DNA from: a virus
Reading direction: 5' to 3' (one strand)
Length of the DNA stretch: 64,000 bases
IMG/VR virus record: IMGVR_UViG_3300002835_000013
Shown: positions 16,409 through 27,626 of the stretch, one piece after another
Layout: every line of letters begins with the position of its first letter
Numbering within the stretch: the stretch's first letter is position 1
The notes under the pieces: model-generated
Seen by the model: the letters and a program-made list of their open reading frames with translations, nothing else
What the model was told of the DNA's origin: nothing
Databases searched by the model: none
Translations under genes and position numbers: made by a program

Positions 16409-16449
16409 TGACCAGTATCCAGGATAGGATACCTGGTCAAGTATTTAGT
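16409..16449 (-). promoter_or_regulatory. late-promoter motif and 5' hairpin of pmoC
   Basis: ACTAAATA at 16442-16449, then a TGACCAG-GTATCC/GGATAC-TGGTCA stem. Confidence 0.65.
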
Positions 16450-16534
16450 GATCCTCATTGATCACTTGACAATAGTATGACACAGATTGCCGATGGAAAA
16501 CAGTCAATCCTAGACAATCTGCTATCAATTTTCG

Positions 16535-16801
16535 TCACTCTATAACTTCTTCTTGAAACATTCTTCCTGGCAGAGTGGGTCCAGGTGCAGCGGCGCTTCC
16601 TGCCGTGCTTCTAGCGATACCATATCCAGTATTGTATCCAGAAGTCGCTCCTTCACTCCAACCAGGATTGCTCCATGAATAGGCTGGAGTAGAAGAAGGA
16701 GAACCATCGCTCAAAGAATGATATGGCTGTGCGAAACTATTTGCCGCACTAGCAACCGTGGGGAATACCACCATTGAGATTATCATCAAAGATTTCATCA
16801 T
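16535..16801 (-). CDS. small exported low-complexity protein
   Basis: Signal peptide with ASA cleavage site. Confidence 0.65.
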   Translation of the reverse strand: MMKSLMIISMVVFPTVASAANSFAQPYHSLSDGSPSSTPAYSWSNPGWSEGATSGYNTGYGIARSTAGSAAAPGPTLPGRMFQEEVIE

Positions 16802-17314
16802 ACATCTTTAGTCCCTTTTGTCTCAATTATATTGTTGATAGCGTTGATAAGTTCTTCTTGAACTTTGCGTGGTGGAATATCATCTTTGTGTATAAAATTT
16901 ACATGTTCAGAATATGCTATACCAGATAACAAAGATTCAAGTTCTGGATACTTATCTTTATTGTTCAGAATCATAGAAATAAGAATTGCATATGTCCTTG
17001 GTCCTATGTGTTCCTTCCATCCACTTACTCTGGTGGATCGAAGGCACCATTCTCCGGGTCCAGCTTCATGGTCTCTCGTTACAAAGAATATTTTTTCACT
17101 CATTAGTCTCTTTCCATTCAAGGACGTTTTTCATTCTGTAAAATCGTCTTATGCTCCCCAATAGTAGTTCGGCGGCTTCCAGAAAGACCAGGGAACTTTG
17201 GTATCACGCAACACCGCTGGTGATGTTTTGCGTTCATTCTTTTCTCTAATCTCTCGCCAGTTATCCTTAAGATAAGCAACTCGCTTACCATTCTCTACAA
17301 CGATTTTGACTTCA

Positions 17315-17689
17315 TTAGGATAATAGTATTCTGTCATCAGTCTGTTTCTCTTCACATTCAACTAAATCACACAAATCACGAACACATTTTACAACCAGAT
17401 CCAGATTTTCTCCTTTCTCTATCCAATCAGCCATCGTTCTAGCGATACTCGCATCTATAGTAATACGTCCCCATCGTTTGTGGGCGGCATCAAGAAATCG
17501 TTCATAATTTTCTATAGATTCGTCACTATAATTCTCTCTTATGTTCCAGGCGGCACCATGATCGAACGTTTCACCAGTTTCTAATCTACAACCACAATAG
17601 GTACAAGAATATTTGGTAGATTGTCTGGTATTACCATATCGCTCTATCAATGCGTCATTTCCACAAAATGGACAAGGTTTCAGTTTCAT
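17315..17689 (-). CDS. Lar-like zinc-finger protein
   Basis: LKPCPFCG...CTYCG...AAWN. Confidence 0.7.
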   Translation of the reverse strand: MKLKPCPFCGNDALIERYGNTRQSTKYSCTYCGCRLETGETFDHGAAWNIRENYSDESIENYERFLDAAHKRWGRITIDASIARTMADWIEKGENLDLVVKCVRDLCDLVECEEKQTDDRILLS

Positions 17690-18215
17690 ATTTTATAATC
17701 CAATCTTTCGCTTCTTCTAAGGTTTGAAATCTAGCGGCGACAGTAGCAGCATCATATTTCGATGTTTGTTTTGCGACTATGATATAACCGCCTTCTAGTA
17801 TTCTAGCGGACAAATATTTTTCATCATCTGTAGCGTAAACATGTTCTGTTATCTTTTTCATAGTTCGTATGTTCCTGGTACCATCCAATATGATGTTGCT
17901 GGATTTATATCTCTTTGTCTTTTTACAAACTTACGCATAAAATATCCTGTACCTTCATTGTCTATGATGTAAAGAATATAAAACATTACAGATCAGCCTT
18001 CATCAGAATTTCCGTGATTTTTATCAAAGATTATTTTCCAACCTTTGTATTGCCGTTCAGGCACCCATTCTTCCATACCATCTTTGCGAACACCTAAACA
18101 AACATAACCTGTTAGGTCAGGTAAGGCAGATTTCTTATAGAATTGGAATCCCCAACCCGTTCCATCTTCGTCAATTACTTGTCTCACCATAGTAAAATCA
18201 CAAGATTTACTCATA

Positions 18216-19895
18216 TTATAACTCCGCCTTCATCATCGACTGTGAACCGCAACGAATACGATATAACAAAAAGTTTGTTTCACGAATAATACGGTTCATA
18301 AAGTATTCTGCGGTATTGTGTCTGTCCTTATCGTCAGTAGCAAGGCAGATACGAATATGCGCCATACCAAGTAACACAAGACCAAACATCTTCATATAGT
18401 CATAAGATGCAGAACCGGCATTGTTTGGGTTAATCAAACCATTAGCAACCAGCCATTCTGTGGCCTGTTTCAATTCATTTAGAGAAGTTGTAACTGGCTG
18501 AACTATTGAATTGATGTCCTTGTCATAAGAACTGGTCAAGAATGCTTCACTGTCATTGAAGAAAGTCATAATAGCACGACCCATATCCTTTGGCAACTTA
18601 CGACCAACCAAGTCTAGTGCCTGAATACCATTGGCACCTTCATAGATTTGGCAGATACGAGCGTCACGAACAATCTGTTCCATACCCCACTCTTTGATGT
18701 ATCCATGACCACCGAAGACCTGTTGCGCTTTTACAGCATTCTCAAAACCATAATCCGTTAGAACACCTTTGAGAACTGGAGTTAGTAGACCAAGACGATC
18801 CTGTGCTTCTTGTGATTTATCATCGCAAAGCATTGCCGCTTCTAGAACAAGAAGTCGTCCAGCCTCATTGATACATTTGATATCCATAAGCATACGGCGA
18901 ACGTCAGGATGTTCTATGATAGCAACAGACTTACCTTTGGGATCTGTAATCTTGGCACTCTGAATACGATCTTTGGCATAAGCAAGAGCATTTTGATAAG
19001 CCAACTCCGATTGTGATAGACCTTGAACAGCAACACCGAGACGTGCCTCATTCATCATAATGAACATGGCATTTAGACCTTTGCAGCGTTCGCCCACAAG
19101 AATACCGATAGCACCATCATAGTTCATAACGCAAGTAGGTGAACCATGAATGCCCATCTTTTCTTCAATAGAACCACAAGAGACATTGTTACGAATCTTC
19201 TCGTCACCGTCCATCCAAAACTTCGGCACAAGAAACATGCTAATGCCCTTGACGCCTTCTGGATCATCTTCAATACGTGCCAGAACAAGATGAACAATGT
19301 TATCTGCTAGATCATGCTCGCCACACGAAATGAAAATCTTTTGTCCTGTGATTCTATATCCACCGGCAGCATCGTCCTGGACAGCCTTAGTTCTAATCAA
19401 ACCAAGGTCAGTTCCACAATGTGGTTCTGTCAGGTTCATGGTGCCTGTCCATTTACCAGATACCATCTTAGGAATGAACTCTGCTTTCTGATATTCGGAA
19501 CCAACTTCTAGGAGTGCTTGAATATTTCCACGAGTAAGGCCAGGAAAAAGAGAGAAAGCCATGTTAGACGAGGATACAAACTCGTTGACCGCAGCCGCAA
19601 GTGTATAGGGTAGACCTTGGCCACCATATTGTTCAGGAACCGATAAACCAAGCCAACCACCTTCTTTGAATTTCTTCCAAGGTTCATGGAACTCTTCTGG
19701 AACAAGAACGAAGTATTTTTCTGCCACATATTGATGATGTTGACATCCATAATCTCCTGCTTGATTAGTAGGAGCAATAACTTCTTCGCATAGTTTTGCT
19801 GCTTCGGTTAGAATCGGCTCTGTAAGTTCATTGTCGAACTTTAGAACGTCACGAAGAAGAAACGTTGACGATTCTACTGGTGCTGTGTATTTCAT
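18216..19895 (-). CDS. acyl-CoA dehydrogenase (DmdC/FadE-like long family)
   Basis: GTMNLTEPHCGTDLG, ITGQKIFIS, EEKMGIHGSPTC, QIYEGANGIQALDL. Confidence 0.95.
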   Translation of the reverse strand: MKYTAPVESSTFLLRDVLKFDNELTEPILTEAAKLCEEVIAPTNQAGDYGCQHHQYVAEKYFVLVPEEFHEPWKKFKEGGWLGLSVPEQYGGQGLPYTLAAAVNEFVSSSNMAFSLFPGLTRGNIQALLEVGSEYQKAEFIPKMVSGKWTGTMNLTEPHCGTDLGLIRTKAVQDDAAGGYRITGQKIFISCGEHDLADNIVHLVLARIEDDPEGVKGISMFLVPKFWMDGDEKIRNNVSCGSIEEKMGIHGSPTCVMNYDGAIGILVGERCKGLNAMFIMMNEARLGVAVQGLSQSELAYQNALAYAKDRIQSAKITDPKGKSVAIIEHPDVRRMLMDIKCINEAGRLLVLEAAMLCDDKSQEAQDRLGLLTPVLKGVLTDYGFENAVKAQQVFGGHGYIKEWGMEQIVRDARICQIYEGANGIQALDLVGRKLPKDMGRAIMTFFNDSEAFLTSSYDKDINSIVQPVTTSLNELKQATEWLVANGLINPNNAGSASYDYMKMFGLVLLGMAHIRICLATDDKDRHNTAEYFMNRIIRETNFLLYRIRCGSQSMMKAEL

Positions 19896-20310
19896 TATGA
19901 TAATCCTTCCAAAAAATCTTTATGATCTTCGGATCCCACCCATTCTTTTATATTATCATGCTTATGCATAAGGTCATAGTAAAATTGATAAGTATCTTTA
20001 TGAACCCATTCCTCTACGCCATTAGCATGAGTTGTTAGATAAACTAAATCTGTCAAATCCGTTTTTTCATTATTTCTTTCGATACTAAACATAATAGTAT
20101 GTTCCGAAGTATTGAAATTTGGCTTTTCACGTCTTACAAAAATGAAATCACTTTCTGGTTTCGTCTTTGTCATTTTCATTTTCTTCCTGCTCCAAATTCC
20201 GCATCATGTTGAGATATCTCTCGGTCATCGTTCTATCAAACTTCTTGTCATGGGAGTAATGAACCATCCACGACAAGTCTGCCTCAATCAGTGATTTTAG
20301 TTTTTCCCAC

Positions 20311-21255
20311 TTATCCATTCTTCATACTTTCCAGTATATCATCCAACGTGTATTGTGGAGTAAAATCCAACTTGGTCTGAATGGAAGTCGTATCCGCTAC
20401 GAGATACGCCACATCTCCTTCCCGACGAGGTGCGATATTTACCTTCATTTCACCATTATGTAGTATTTTATTCGTCTTGTCAACAACTTCCTTGACAGTA
20501 TGTCCTTTCCCACTACCAACGTTAAATACCACACTTTCATTGTTCTGTTCCATATATCTGTAGGCTAGTGTATGGGCTCGGCAAATATCTTTCACATGGA
20601 CATAATCTCTGATACAAGTTCCATCTCTTGTCGGCCAATCGTCACCATAAATCGTTGCTTCTTTGTTTCGTGCTAGTAGAGGAATCAAATGAGTTTCTGG
20701 ATCATGTTCCTCATATAGATTGGCTTTTACATCCCTACCAGCGGCATTGAAGTACCGAAGTCGGGCTGTATTCATATCAGGAATTTCGGATAGTATCTGT
20801 TCGACCATTGCTTTTGTTTTAGCATAGACCGAATGAGGCTGCATAGGCATTTCTTCTGTTAGATGACCGAAGGCAGCATCCTTTCTTTCACCATAGACAG
20901 CCGCAGTTGATGAAAAGATGAAGTTCTTTACACCTAGTGATCTAGCTTTATCAATCAACCTCATGGAACCCACTACATTATTGTAATAGTATTTCCACGG
21001 CTCTCTTTCACTTTCCTCTACTGATATGTCAGCGGCAAAATGAAACACTGCATCTATTGATTTATCTTTGAGAAACATGAATGAATCCAAAGCAAGATCA
21101 ATGTTCAAAAAAGTATCATAAAGATGCCTTAGATGTTTCTTTTCAACTCTATCAATACCGATGATGTGGCAGTCGTTATACATAGCGCCAAGTTCATGGC
21201 ACATATGACTGCCAATATATCCATTACAACCTGTTACTACAAACACTTTGCTCAT
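20311..21255 (-). CDS. galE: UDP-glucose 4-epimerase
   Basis: GYIGSH, FSSTAAVYG, YAKTK, LRYFNAAG, DGTCIRDYVHV. Confidence 0.92.
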   Translation of the reverse strand: MSKVFVVTGCNGYIGSHMCHELGAMYNDCHIIGIDRVEKKHLRHLYDTFLNIDLALDSFMFLKDKSIDAVFHFAADISVEESEREPWKYYYNNVVGSMRLIDKARSLGVKNFIFSSTAAVYGERKDAAFGHLTEEMPMQPHSVYAKTKAMVEQILSEIPDMNTARLRYFNAAGRDVKANLYEEHDPETHLIPLLARNKEATIYGDDWPTRDGTCIRDYVHVKDICRAHTLAYRYMEQNNESVVFNVGSGKGHTVKEVVDKTNKILHNGEMKVNIAPRREGDVAYLVADTTSIQTKLDFTPQYTLDDILESMKNG

Positions 21256-22418
21256 ATAGATTCTCTTATGACTTTATCTAATAGATTTAGTTCTTTTGTA
21301 CCAATAAAGTGATTGTTGCCGACATAAATTCCATTCTTATGGATCAAATCAATAAAATCTTTTCCATTAGGCTGTATCTTATAGTTTCGTAAAAAAGGCT
21401 GCTTTAATAAGTTTCCGCTCACTATAGGACGTGTTTCGATACCCGCAGCAACTAGATTAGACTTTAATCTATCAGCTACATCATCATCTTTGGCCAACAA
21501 AGGAAAGCAAAATGATGAATTAGTATCAGAGTTTGAAGGAATATAAAAATGATCCGAATATTTACTCAGTATATCATTGAACAATGCAGCATTCTTACGA
21601 CGAATCGCAATCATGTTATCTAGACGTTTTAATTGACTTAGTCCAAGGACTGCACAAATTTCATGATTACGAACATTGTAACCTTCTGTGATAAACAAAA
21701 ATTGAGGATGAAGATATGGATAATTCTTCTTTGCCTTTTCAAAATCTTGAGGAGGTAACTCACGGGCTAGTCCATGACTTCTCTTTGCTTTCATAATGGA
21801 ATACAATTCATAATCATTGGTACAAACAAAACCACCTTCAATGGTTGTCATGTGATGACCAAAATAAAAACTAAAAGTCGCACCTATACTGTTCGAACCA
21901 ACTTTTGATCCATCTGGATTCAAACAACCATGACTCTCACAAACGTCATCTAGGAAAATTGCGTTCGGAAGTATCTTTTTGTAGAAAGCCAAGTCAGCGG
22001 AATAACCGAGAAGATGTGATGTGAAAACAACCTTGATATTGTGTTTACGTGCAATATCCATAAGATGATCTGGATCAAAAGAGTAATTTGTAGAATTAAC
22101 GTCACAAAAGATCGGTTCAAAACCACACTGAATAACTGGTGATATATTAGTTACCCAGGTACAAGAAGGAACGAGAACTTTGTCTCCATCTTTTAAATTG
22201 TATCGTTCCTTTACGCTAGCCATTAGAAGAAGATTTGCTGTGCTTCCGCTGCTAACATAAAGAGAATACTTACATCCTAACCACTTGCTCCATTCATTTT
22301 CAAAATCACGAACACGAGGACCATTTGTGAACTGTTTTGTTGTAAGGATGAACTTTATCATCGCCAACTTATCGTTCCACGTAATAGTATCTTTCATTAG
22401 AGGCCACACATAACTCAT
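21252..22418 (-). CDS. DegT-family PLP enzyme, ColD-like GDP-4-keto-6-deoxymannose 3-dehydratase
   Basis: SSGSTANLL, DVCESHG, SFYFGHHMTTIEGG (His in place of the Schiff-base Lys). Confidence 0.85.
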   Translation of the reverse strand: MSYVWPLMKDTITWNDKLAMIKFILTTKQFTNGPRVRDFENEWSKWLGCKYSLYVSSGSTANLLLMASVKERYNLKDGDKVLVPSCTWVTNISPVIQCGFEPIFCDVNSTNYSFDPDHLMDIARKHNIKVVFTSHLLGYSADLAFYKKILPNAIFLDDVCESHGCLNPDGSKVGSNSIGATFSFYFGHHMTTIEGGFVCTNDYELYSIMKAKRSHGLARELPPQDFEKAKKNYPYLHPQFLFITEGYNVRNHEICAVLGLSQLKRLDNMIAIRRKNAALFNDILSKYSDHFYIPSNSDTNSSFCFPLLAKDDDVADRLKSNLVAAGIETRPIVSGNLLKQPFLRNYKIQPNGKDFIDLIHKNGIYVGNNHFIGTKELNLLDKVIRESI

Positions 22419-22428
22419 TTTATTCTCC

Positions 22429-23415
22429 TTATGATACAACATGCTTTAGACACATACGAATAGAGTCGTCAACTTTCATTCGTGCTTCCCAACCAAGTTC
22501 ATTTTTCGCCTTTTCACAATCTGGAATACGAACACGAACATCATTTGTATAATCACCAATCGTTTCATAAAGCAAGAAATAATCATCAAGAAGCATAAAC
22601 TCCTTAGCAGCAATGTCTTTGATCTTCTCTGCCAGAACACGCATAGAGATTGGCTCTGGATTACCTAGATTGTAAGTCTTGTTATCAGTCTTTTCGGAGA
22701 AAGAATAGTCAGCAATAGCAGCGGCAACTTCATCAATCCATGTGAAGCACCGAATCTGATAACCATCACCTAGGATAGGTAGCGGCTTCTTCTTTTCAAT
22801 CACAATGTTTTTGATGTAATCAGCAAAGACATGTGAGATACCAACTTCTTCGGATTCACTCTTTTCATATGGTGTAATGATGTTGAATGGGCGCCAGATG
22901 GTATACTTTAGACCATGCTGTCTATGATAAGCATGGGATACTCTTTCACCAACAAACTTTGAGAGTCCGTAATCTGTATAAGGCGCAGGATAGTTTCCAA
23001 CAATATCTTCTTTTACAGGATATGCGATATCTTGTGGACAGTTCTCATAGACCATAGAAGATGAAATATAGATAACCTTCAATACACTATATGCGGCGGC
23101 GGCACGAAGGACGTTATCATGTAAAGAAATGTCCTTATACATCTCACCACAATACTTATTGAAACCGCCGACTCCGTAGATCGTAGCAGCCGCCTGAATA
23201 ACATAATCAGGCTTCACCTGTTCAAATAGTTTTAAAACACTAATACCATCAGTCAAGTCACACTTGATGAACTGATAATCATTACCAGCAATACCTAGGC
23301 GCTCGCCGTATCGGGCTAGATTGTCCACACCATAAACAACATGACCCTTCTTTAGTAGTAGCGGAATGACCGCCTGCATTAGTGAACCTTCACTGCCTGT
23401 AACCAGAACTCGCAT
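22429..23415 (-). CDS. NAD-dependent epimerase/decarboxylase (extended SDR)
   Basis: YGLSK, WRPFN, GDGYQIRCFTWI. Confidence 0.88.
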   Translation of the reverse strand: MRVLVTGSEGSLMQAVIPLLLKKGHVVYGVDNLARYGERLGIAGNDYQFIKCDLTDGISVLKLFEQVKPDYVIQAAATIYGVGGFNKYCGEMYKDISLHDNVLRAAAAYSVLKVIYISSSMVYENCPQDIAYPVKEDIVGNYPAPYTDYGLSKFVGERVSHAYHRQHGLKYTIWRPFNIITPYEKSESEEVGISHVFADYIKNIVIEKKKPLPILGDGYQIRCFTWIDEVAAAIADYSFSEKTDNKTYNLGNPEPISMRVLAEKIKDIAAKEFMLLDDYFLLYETIGDYTNDVRVRIPDCEKAKNELGWEARMKVDDSIRMCLKHVVS

Positions 23416-23544
23416 TTTATAATCCTTTCTTATATTTTTTCTTTTTACTACCGACGAAAAAGGAAGTCTTTTTGAACTGTTCTAATCCAATTTCACGAAG
23501 GGTTTTCATAACAGCAAACTCTATTGCCTTTTTGATTTCATCGC

Positions 23545-24783
23545 TCATAGCACATCTCCAACTTTATAAATGCCCGTATTACTTAGTTTGCTTTCTGGAT
23601 ACATCTTCCAGATATCAGCAATGATACAATCTTTTCTAAACTGGTCTAATGGCCAATCAACTTCCGTTCCTGTATGAGGTGTCATAACAATAACAGCATC
23701 AAACTTGATAGCATCTGGAAACTTTGCTAGACTATCGATGTAAAACTTATCATCCATATATGCTTCTACACCGTGCTTCTTACATACCTTACGCATCTTG
23801 AATGATAGACTGTTTCTTGTATCGTCGCAATCTTTCTTGAATGTCGCACCTAGAATAAGAACCTTATCTACCTTTGGATTGATTTCTCTGATCCGATTGA
23901 AGATATAATCCGGCATGCCTTCGTTGATAAGGAACGAAGTATTGATAAGATCGCCAAAAGGAATGTCAGAAAGAAGAAACTTACCATCTTTGAAAAGACA
24001 AGGACCACCCACATTAGGACCAGGGTGTGGTACAGACATACGAGGATAATCGTGGTTACATGCGTCAATAACTTTGTCAATGTTGATTCCATGTTTCTCT
24101 CCGATCATCCAAAACTCGTTAGCGAAAGCAAAGGTAACATAACGATACATGTTCGTCATGAGTTTACCAACTTCTGCTTCTCTTGGCGTTAGATAAAATA
24201 TTTCATTCTTGATGAATGTGCTAAAAAAGTCCTTAGCAACATCAAATGAATGATGATTGAATGCGCCAATCAACTGTGGCAGTTTAGATGTTTCGACCAT
24301 AGACTTACCTTGAACAACTCTTTCAGGACAGAATACAAGATGATAATCGCCTCCTTCTGCCCATCCATGCTTATATGAAATGTGTTTGCGAAGAACCTCT
24401 GTTGTTCCTGGTGATACAGTAGACCGTAGAACAATCAACTGACCTGTCTTCATGCGAGGAATAAGAGTAGCATCAACAAAGTTGAATAAGTCATCTAGTC
24501 TGGCGTTACCTTCGCCATCAACTGGCGTGCCAATCATAATAGCAACCACGTCAGCATCTTTGATGAAATCAAAATCTGTTGTAAATAGTAGGCGCTCTTT
24601 TCGTAGATTCTCATTTAGAATATCTGCGGCGCCTTCCTCTATGTAAGGAACAATGCCTCTGTTTAGTAAGTCTACAGCGTCCTGATTGATATCAATACCA
24701 TAAACTGTGTGACCAGCATTAGCGATAACACAAGAGAATGGAAAGCCAACATGACCACCTGCACCAATAACTGCTACCTTCAT
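23545..24783 (-). CDS. nucleotide-sugar 6-dehydrogenase
   Basis: GHVGFP, RSTVSPGTT, CPER, VGGPCLFKD, FKKDCDDTRNS. Confidence 0.92.
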   Translation of the reverse strand: MKVAVIGAGGHVGFPFSCVIANAGHTVYGIDINQDAVDLLNRGIVPYIEEGAADILNENLRKERLLFTTDFDFIKDADVVAIMIGTPVDGEGNARLDDLFNFVDATLIPRMKTGQLIVLRSTVSPGTTEVLRKHISYKHGWAEGGDYHLVFCPERVVQGKSMVETSKLPQLIGAFNHHSFDVAKDFFSTFIKNEIFYLTPREAEVGKLMTNMYRYVTFAFANEFWMIGEKHGINIDKVIDACNHDYPRMSVPHPGPNVGGPCLFKDGKFLLSDIPFGDLINTSFLINEGMPDYIFNRIREINPKVDKVLILGATFKKDCDDTRNSLSFKMRKVCKKHGVEAYMDDKFYIDSLAKFPDAIKFDAVIVMTPHTGTEVDWPLDQFRKDCIIADIWKMYPESKLSNTGIYKVGDVL

Positions 24784-25730
24784 CGTAAAGTCTCCAACAA
24801 AACGTCTTCTATATCATTACAGGTATCCTGAACGGTATGATTTGCCATCACATAATCGTAGGCATCTTCAATCTTCTTATCATCACGTTCGAAGTTGCGA
24901 AGATTATTCATTAGCTCATGTTCGGTGCTATGCAGGGTTCCCCAACGAGCCATATCATGGGCGCCCGAAATATCTCTAGCGAACCAAGGTGTCTTATTCA
25001 TCATCGCTTCTAATAAAACCAGTCCAAATCCATCATCATAAGAGTTCATAATATATGCATCGGCATTTGCCATCGCCTGATATACTTCGTCTTTTGTTAA
25101 TCCGAAAAAGACTTTGACTTTATCCGTCTGTTTAGGCATTAGTTCTTGATTACAATAACCGTATAGATGTAATTCTGCATTGTGTATATCAGAAGATTCA
25201 AAAGCGGCAGCCAATGGTTTCATACCTTTGTGAGTAGAAAACCCTCCTGCGGAAACAAAAATCTTCTTATCGCTTGAAAGAGATTTAGTCTTAATGATTC
25301 CTTCATGTCTTATGCCGTATCTTATTCGTCGTGCTTTCTTAATCACATTATGTTTTTTAATGTGATTGATTTCATCCGTCATTCCGTATCCTATAAAACG
25401 ATGCGAATGAAGTCCTAGCATACATATATCCGTTTCGCTAGGCTTTATGATAAGATAAAGAACAGGAGATGAAATTCTACGACCGTTTAGATGAACAATG
25501 TTTTGATAATAAACATCTCCTCCATGAACGACTATTAAATCCCAGGGATCAGCAAGTCTTTGATAATCGCTTGTAACTTTGACATTATTATAATCACCTT
25601 TATGCGTTTCTGCTAATACAGTAACATCGTGACCACGAGCAAGAAGACCTTCGGCCATATTCTGGACATTAATCTCACTGCCTCCTGGATAAGGAGCATA
25701 TCTATGAACCACAAATAATATATTAGACAT
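24780..25730 (-). CDS. GT4-family glycosyltransferase
   Basis: GGSE, HKG, DGFGLVLLEAM. Confidence 0.85.
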   Translation of the reverse strand: MSNILFVVHRYAPYPGGSEINVQNMAEGLLARGHDVTVLAETHKGDYNNVKVTSDYQRLADPWDLIVVHGGDVYYQNIVHLNGRRISSPVLYLIIKPSETDICMLGLHSHRFIGYGMTDEINHIKKHNVIKKARRIRYGIRHEGIIKTKSLSSDKKIFVSAGGFSTHKGMKPLAAAFESSDIHNAELHLYGYCNQELMPKQTDKVKVFFGLTKDEVYQAMANADAYIMNSYDDGFGLVLLEAMMNKTPWFARDISGAHDMARWGTLHSTEHELMNNLRNFERDDKKIEDAYDYVMANHTVQDTCNDIEDVLLETLR

Positions 25731-26746
25731 TACTCACCTTTTTCATTAGCACACATATCTTCAATTAGAGATTCAAAATCATATTCTGGTCTCCAACTCA
25801 GGTTATTACGAATCTTAGACGAGTCTCCTAAGAGGATCTGAACTTCGGCGGGACGATAAAAATAAGGATCAACGTTGATAACAGGAACATTCTTTTTACG
25901 ATCAATTCCTATTTCATATATTCCTTTATTCTGCCACACAATATCCATATCATAATGTTTACCTGTAATCTCAATAAACTCTCTAACTGTATGTAGTTCT
26001 CCTGTAGAGACAACATAATCATCAGGATTATCATGCTGTAACATCATATACATGGCTTTCACATAATCTTTAGCGTGTCCCCAATCTCTCTGTGAATCCA
26101 AATTACCCATAGATACAATAGACTGTTTTCCAAGTGCTACTCTTTTTAAGCCATGTGTAATCTTACGAGTAACAAAATTAATACCTCTACGAGGACTCTC
26201 ATGGTTGAAAAGTATTCCACTACAGTTAAACATGTCATATGATTCACGATAATTAACTGTCATCCAGTGCGCCGCTAGTTTAGCACAACCATATGGCGAA
26301 CGAGGATAAAAAGGAGTCGTTTCTTTCTGAGGTGTCTCCTGAACCAAACCAAAAAGTTCGGATGTAGATGCTTGATAAAATTTAGGATTTCCACCTTTTA
26401 TCTTTATCTTACGTAACGCTTCAAGAATACCAGTTGTTCCTACTGCAATACATTCCATAGTATATTCAGGAATGTCAAATGAAACTCTAACATCCGACTG
26501 TGCTGCTATATTATATGTTTCATCTGGATTTATATCCAGAATATTATCAATAACAGAAGAAGGTGATGTCAGATCGTTATATACGAGTGTTAGATTTCGA
26601 TTGTCTCTGATACTTTCAATATTCTTTAAGTTAGGCACAGATGATCTACGGACAAAACCGTAGACCTCATATCCTTTCTCTAGTAGTAGCTCTGCAAGAT
26701 ATGATCCATCTTGACCAGTAATTCCTGTTATAATAGCTTTCTTCAT
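25730..26746 (-). CDS. gmd: GDP-mannose 4,6-dehydratase
   Basis: TGITGQDGSYLAELLL, YQASTSELFG, PRSPYGCAK, ILFNHESPRRG. Confidence 0.96.
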   Translation of the reverse strand: MKKAIITGITGQDGSYLAELLLEKGYEVYGFVRRSSVPNLKNIESIRDNRNLTLVYNDLTSPSSVIDNILDINPDETYNIAAQSDVRVSFDIPEYTMECIAVGTTGILEALRKIKIKGGNPKFYQASTSELFGLVQETPQKETTPFYPRSPYGCAKLAAHWMTVNYRESYDMFNCSGILFNHESPRRGINFVTRKITHGLKRVALGKQSIVSMGNLDSQRDWGHAKDYVKAMYMMLQHDNPDDYVVSTGELHTVREFIEITGKHYDMDIVWQNKGIYEIGIDRKKNVPVINVDPYFYRPAEVQILLGDSSKIRNNLSWRPEYDFESLIEDMCANEKGE

Positions 26747-26747
26747 A

Positions 26748-27626
26748 TCAATCTCCACATACGAACGCTTCCCACCAGGCGCTAAGATTATTCATACTGG
26801 TATAACAGTTAGGAACATCATTCTTAAAGGCGGGCTGACTAATAATATCTAGATACTCTTTTTTGCCGGCGGTCGAGTCTAGATGTCTGATATAGTCTAC
26901 TAGTTTGTTGAAATCACCATGATCCGATGCATTGATAAAGGCACGTGTATTGAAATCTCTTTCAACTGTTGGTGATCCCCAATAGATTGGCATAGTCTTT
27001 ACCTGTAGAGCATTCAATATCTTTTCGGTTACATAGCCAGGATATGAACTATTCTCGAAACAAATGTTGAACCGATATCTATCCAAAAACATCAACTTGT
27101 GAACTAGTTTATCTCTTGGTAAAACATAGCCAACGTTATTATAATGAGGACCTGCGGAGTTGACCTGCTTATAATCATTGATGAAATGAAATGCTTTGTT
27201 TCTCATTTCTTGATTAGGATTAGATACAACGAAAGAACAAAATCCTCTGGTATCATATTCTATTTCATAATCATGATTCAGATGAACCAACTGATAATAG
27301 TCTTTGGTCCATCCTTCGGTGACCGCACCCCACATATCAATCGCATAAAGAGGTAGACGATAATGGCGAGAACTATTCTCATGGTCAAAGGTCATAGCAA
27401 ACTGACACTCACCCCATGGTGGTCTAACATTCTCGCCAGTATAAAAGACCTTAGTGACTTCTGGTCCGAATCTACGGTGATTATGTCCATAGACTCCTTC
27501 ACCATAGATTAGATACTCTGGATTTTCATCGTCACGAACAATCTGAAATCTACGACCCAGTGCCTCGGTAAAGAAGTTTATAGCCGTAGAGAATGTATCA
27601 GAAAATCCTAGTCGTAAAATCTTCAT
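26748..27626 (-). CDS. GT10 alpha-1,3-fucosyltransferase-like protein
   Basis: YTGEN, FCSFVVSN, YRFNICFENS..GYVTEKI, PIYWG. Confidence 0.9.
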   Translation of the reverse strand: MKILRLGFSDTFSTAINFFTEALGRRFQIVRDDENPEYLIYGEGVYGHNHRRFGPEVTKVFYTGENVRPPWGECQFAMTFDHENSSRHYRLPLYAIDMWGAVTEGWTKDYYQLVHLNHDYEIEYDTRGFCSFVVSNPNQEMRNKAFHFINDYKQVNSAGPHYNNVGYVLPRDKLVHKLMFLDRYRFNICFENSSYPGYVTEKILNALQVKTMPIYWGSPTVERDFNTRAFINASDHGDFNKLVDYIRHLDSTAGKKEYLDIISQPAFKNDVPNCYTSMNNLSAWWEAFVCGD

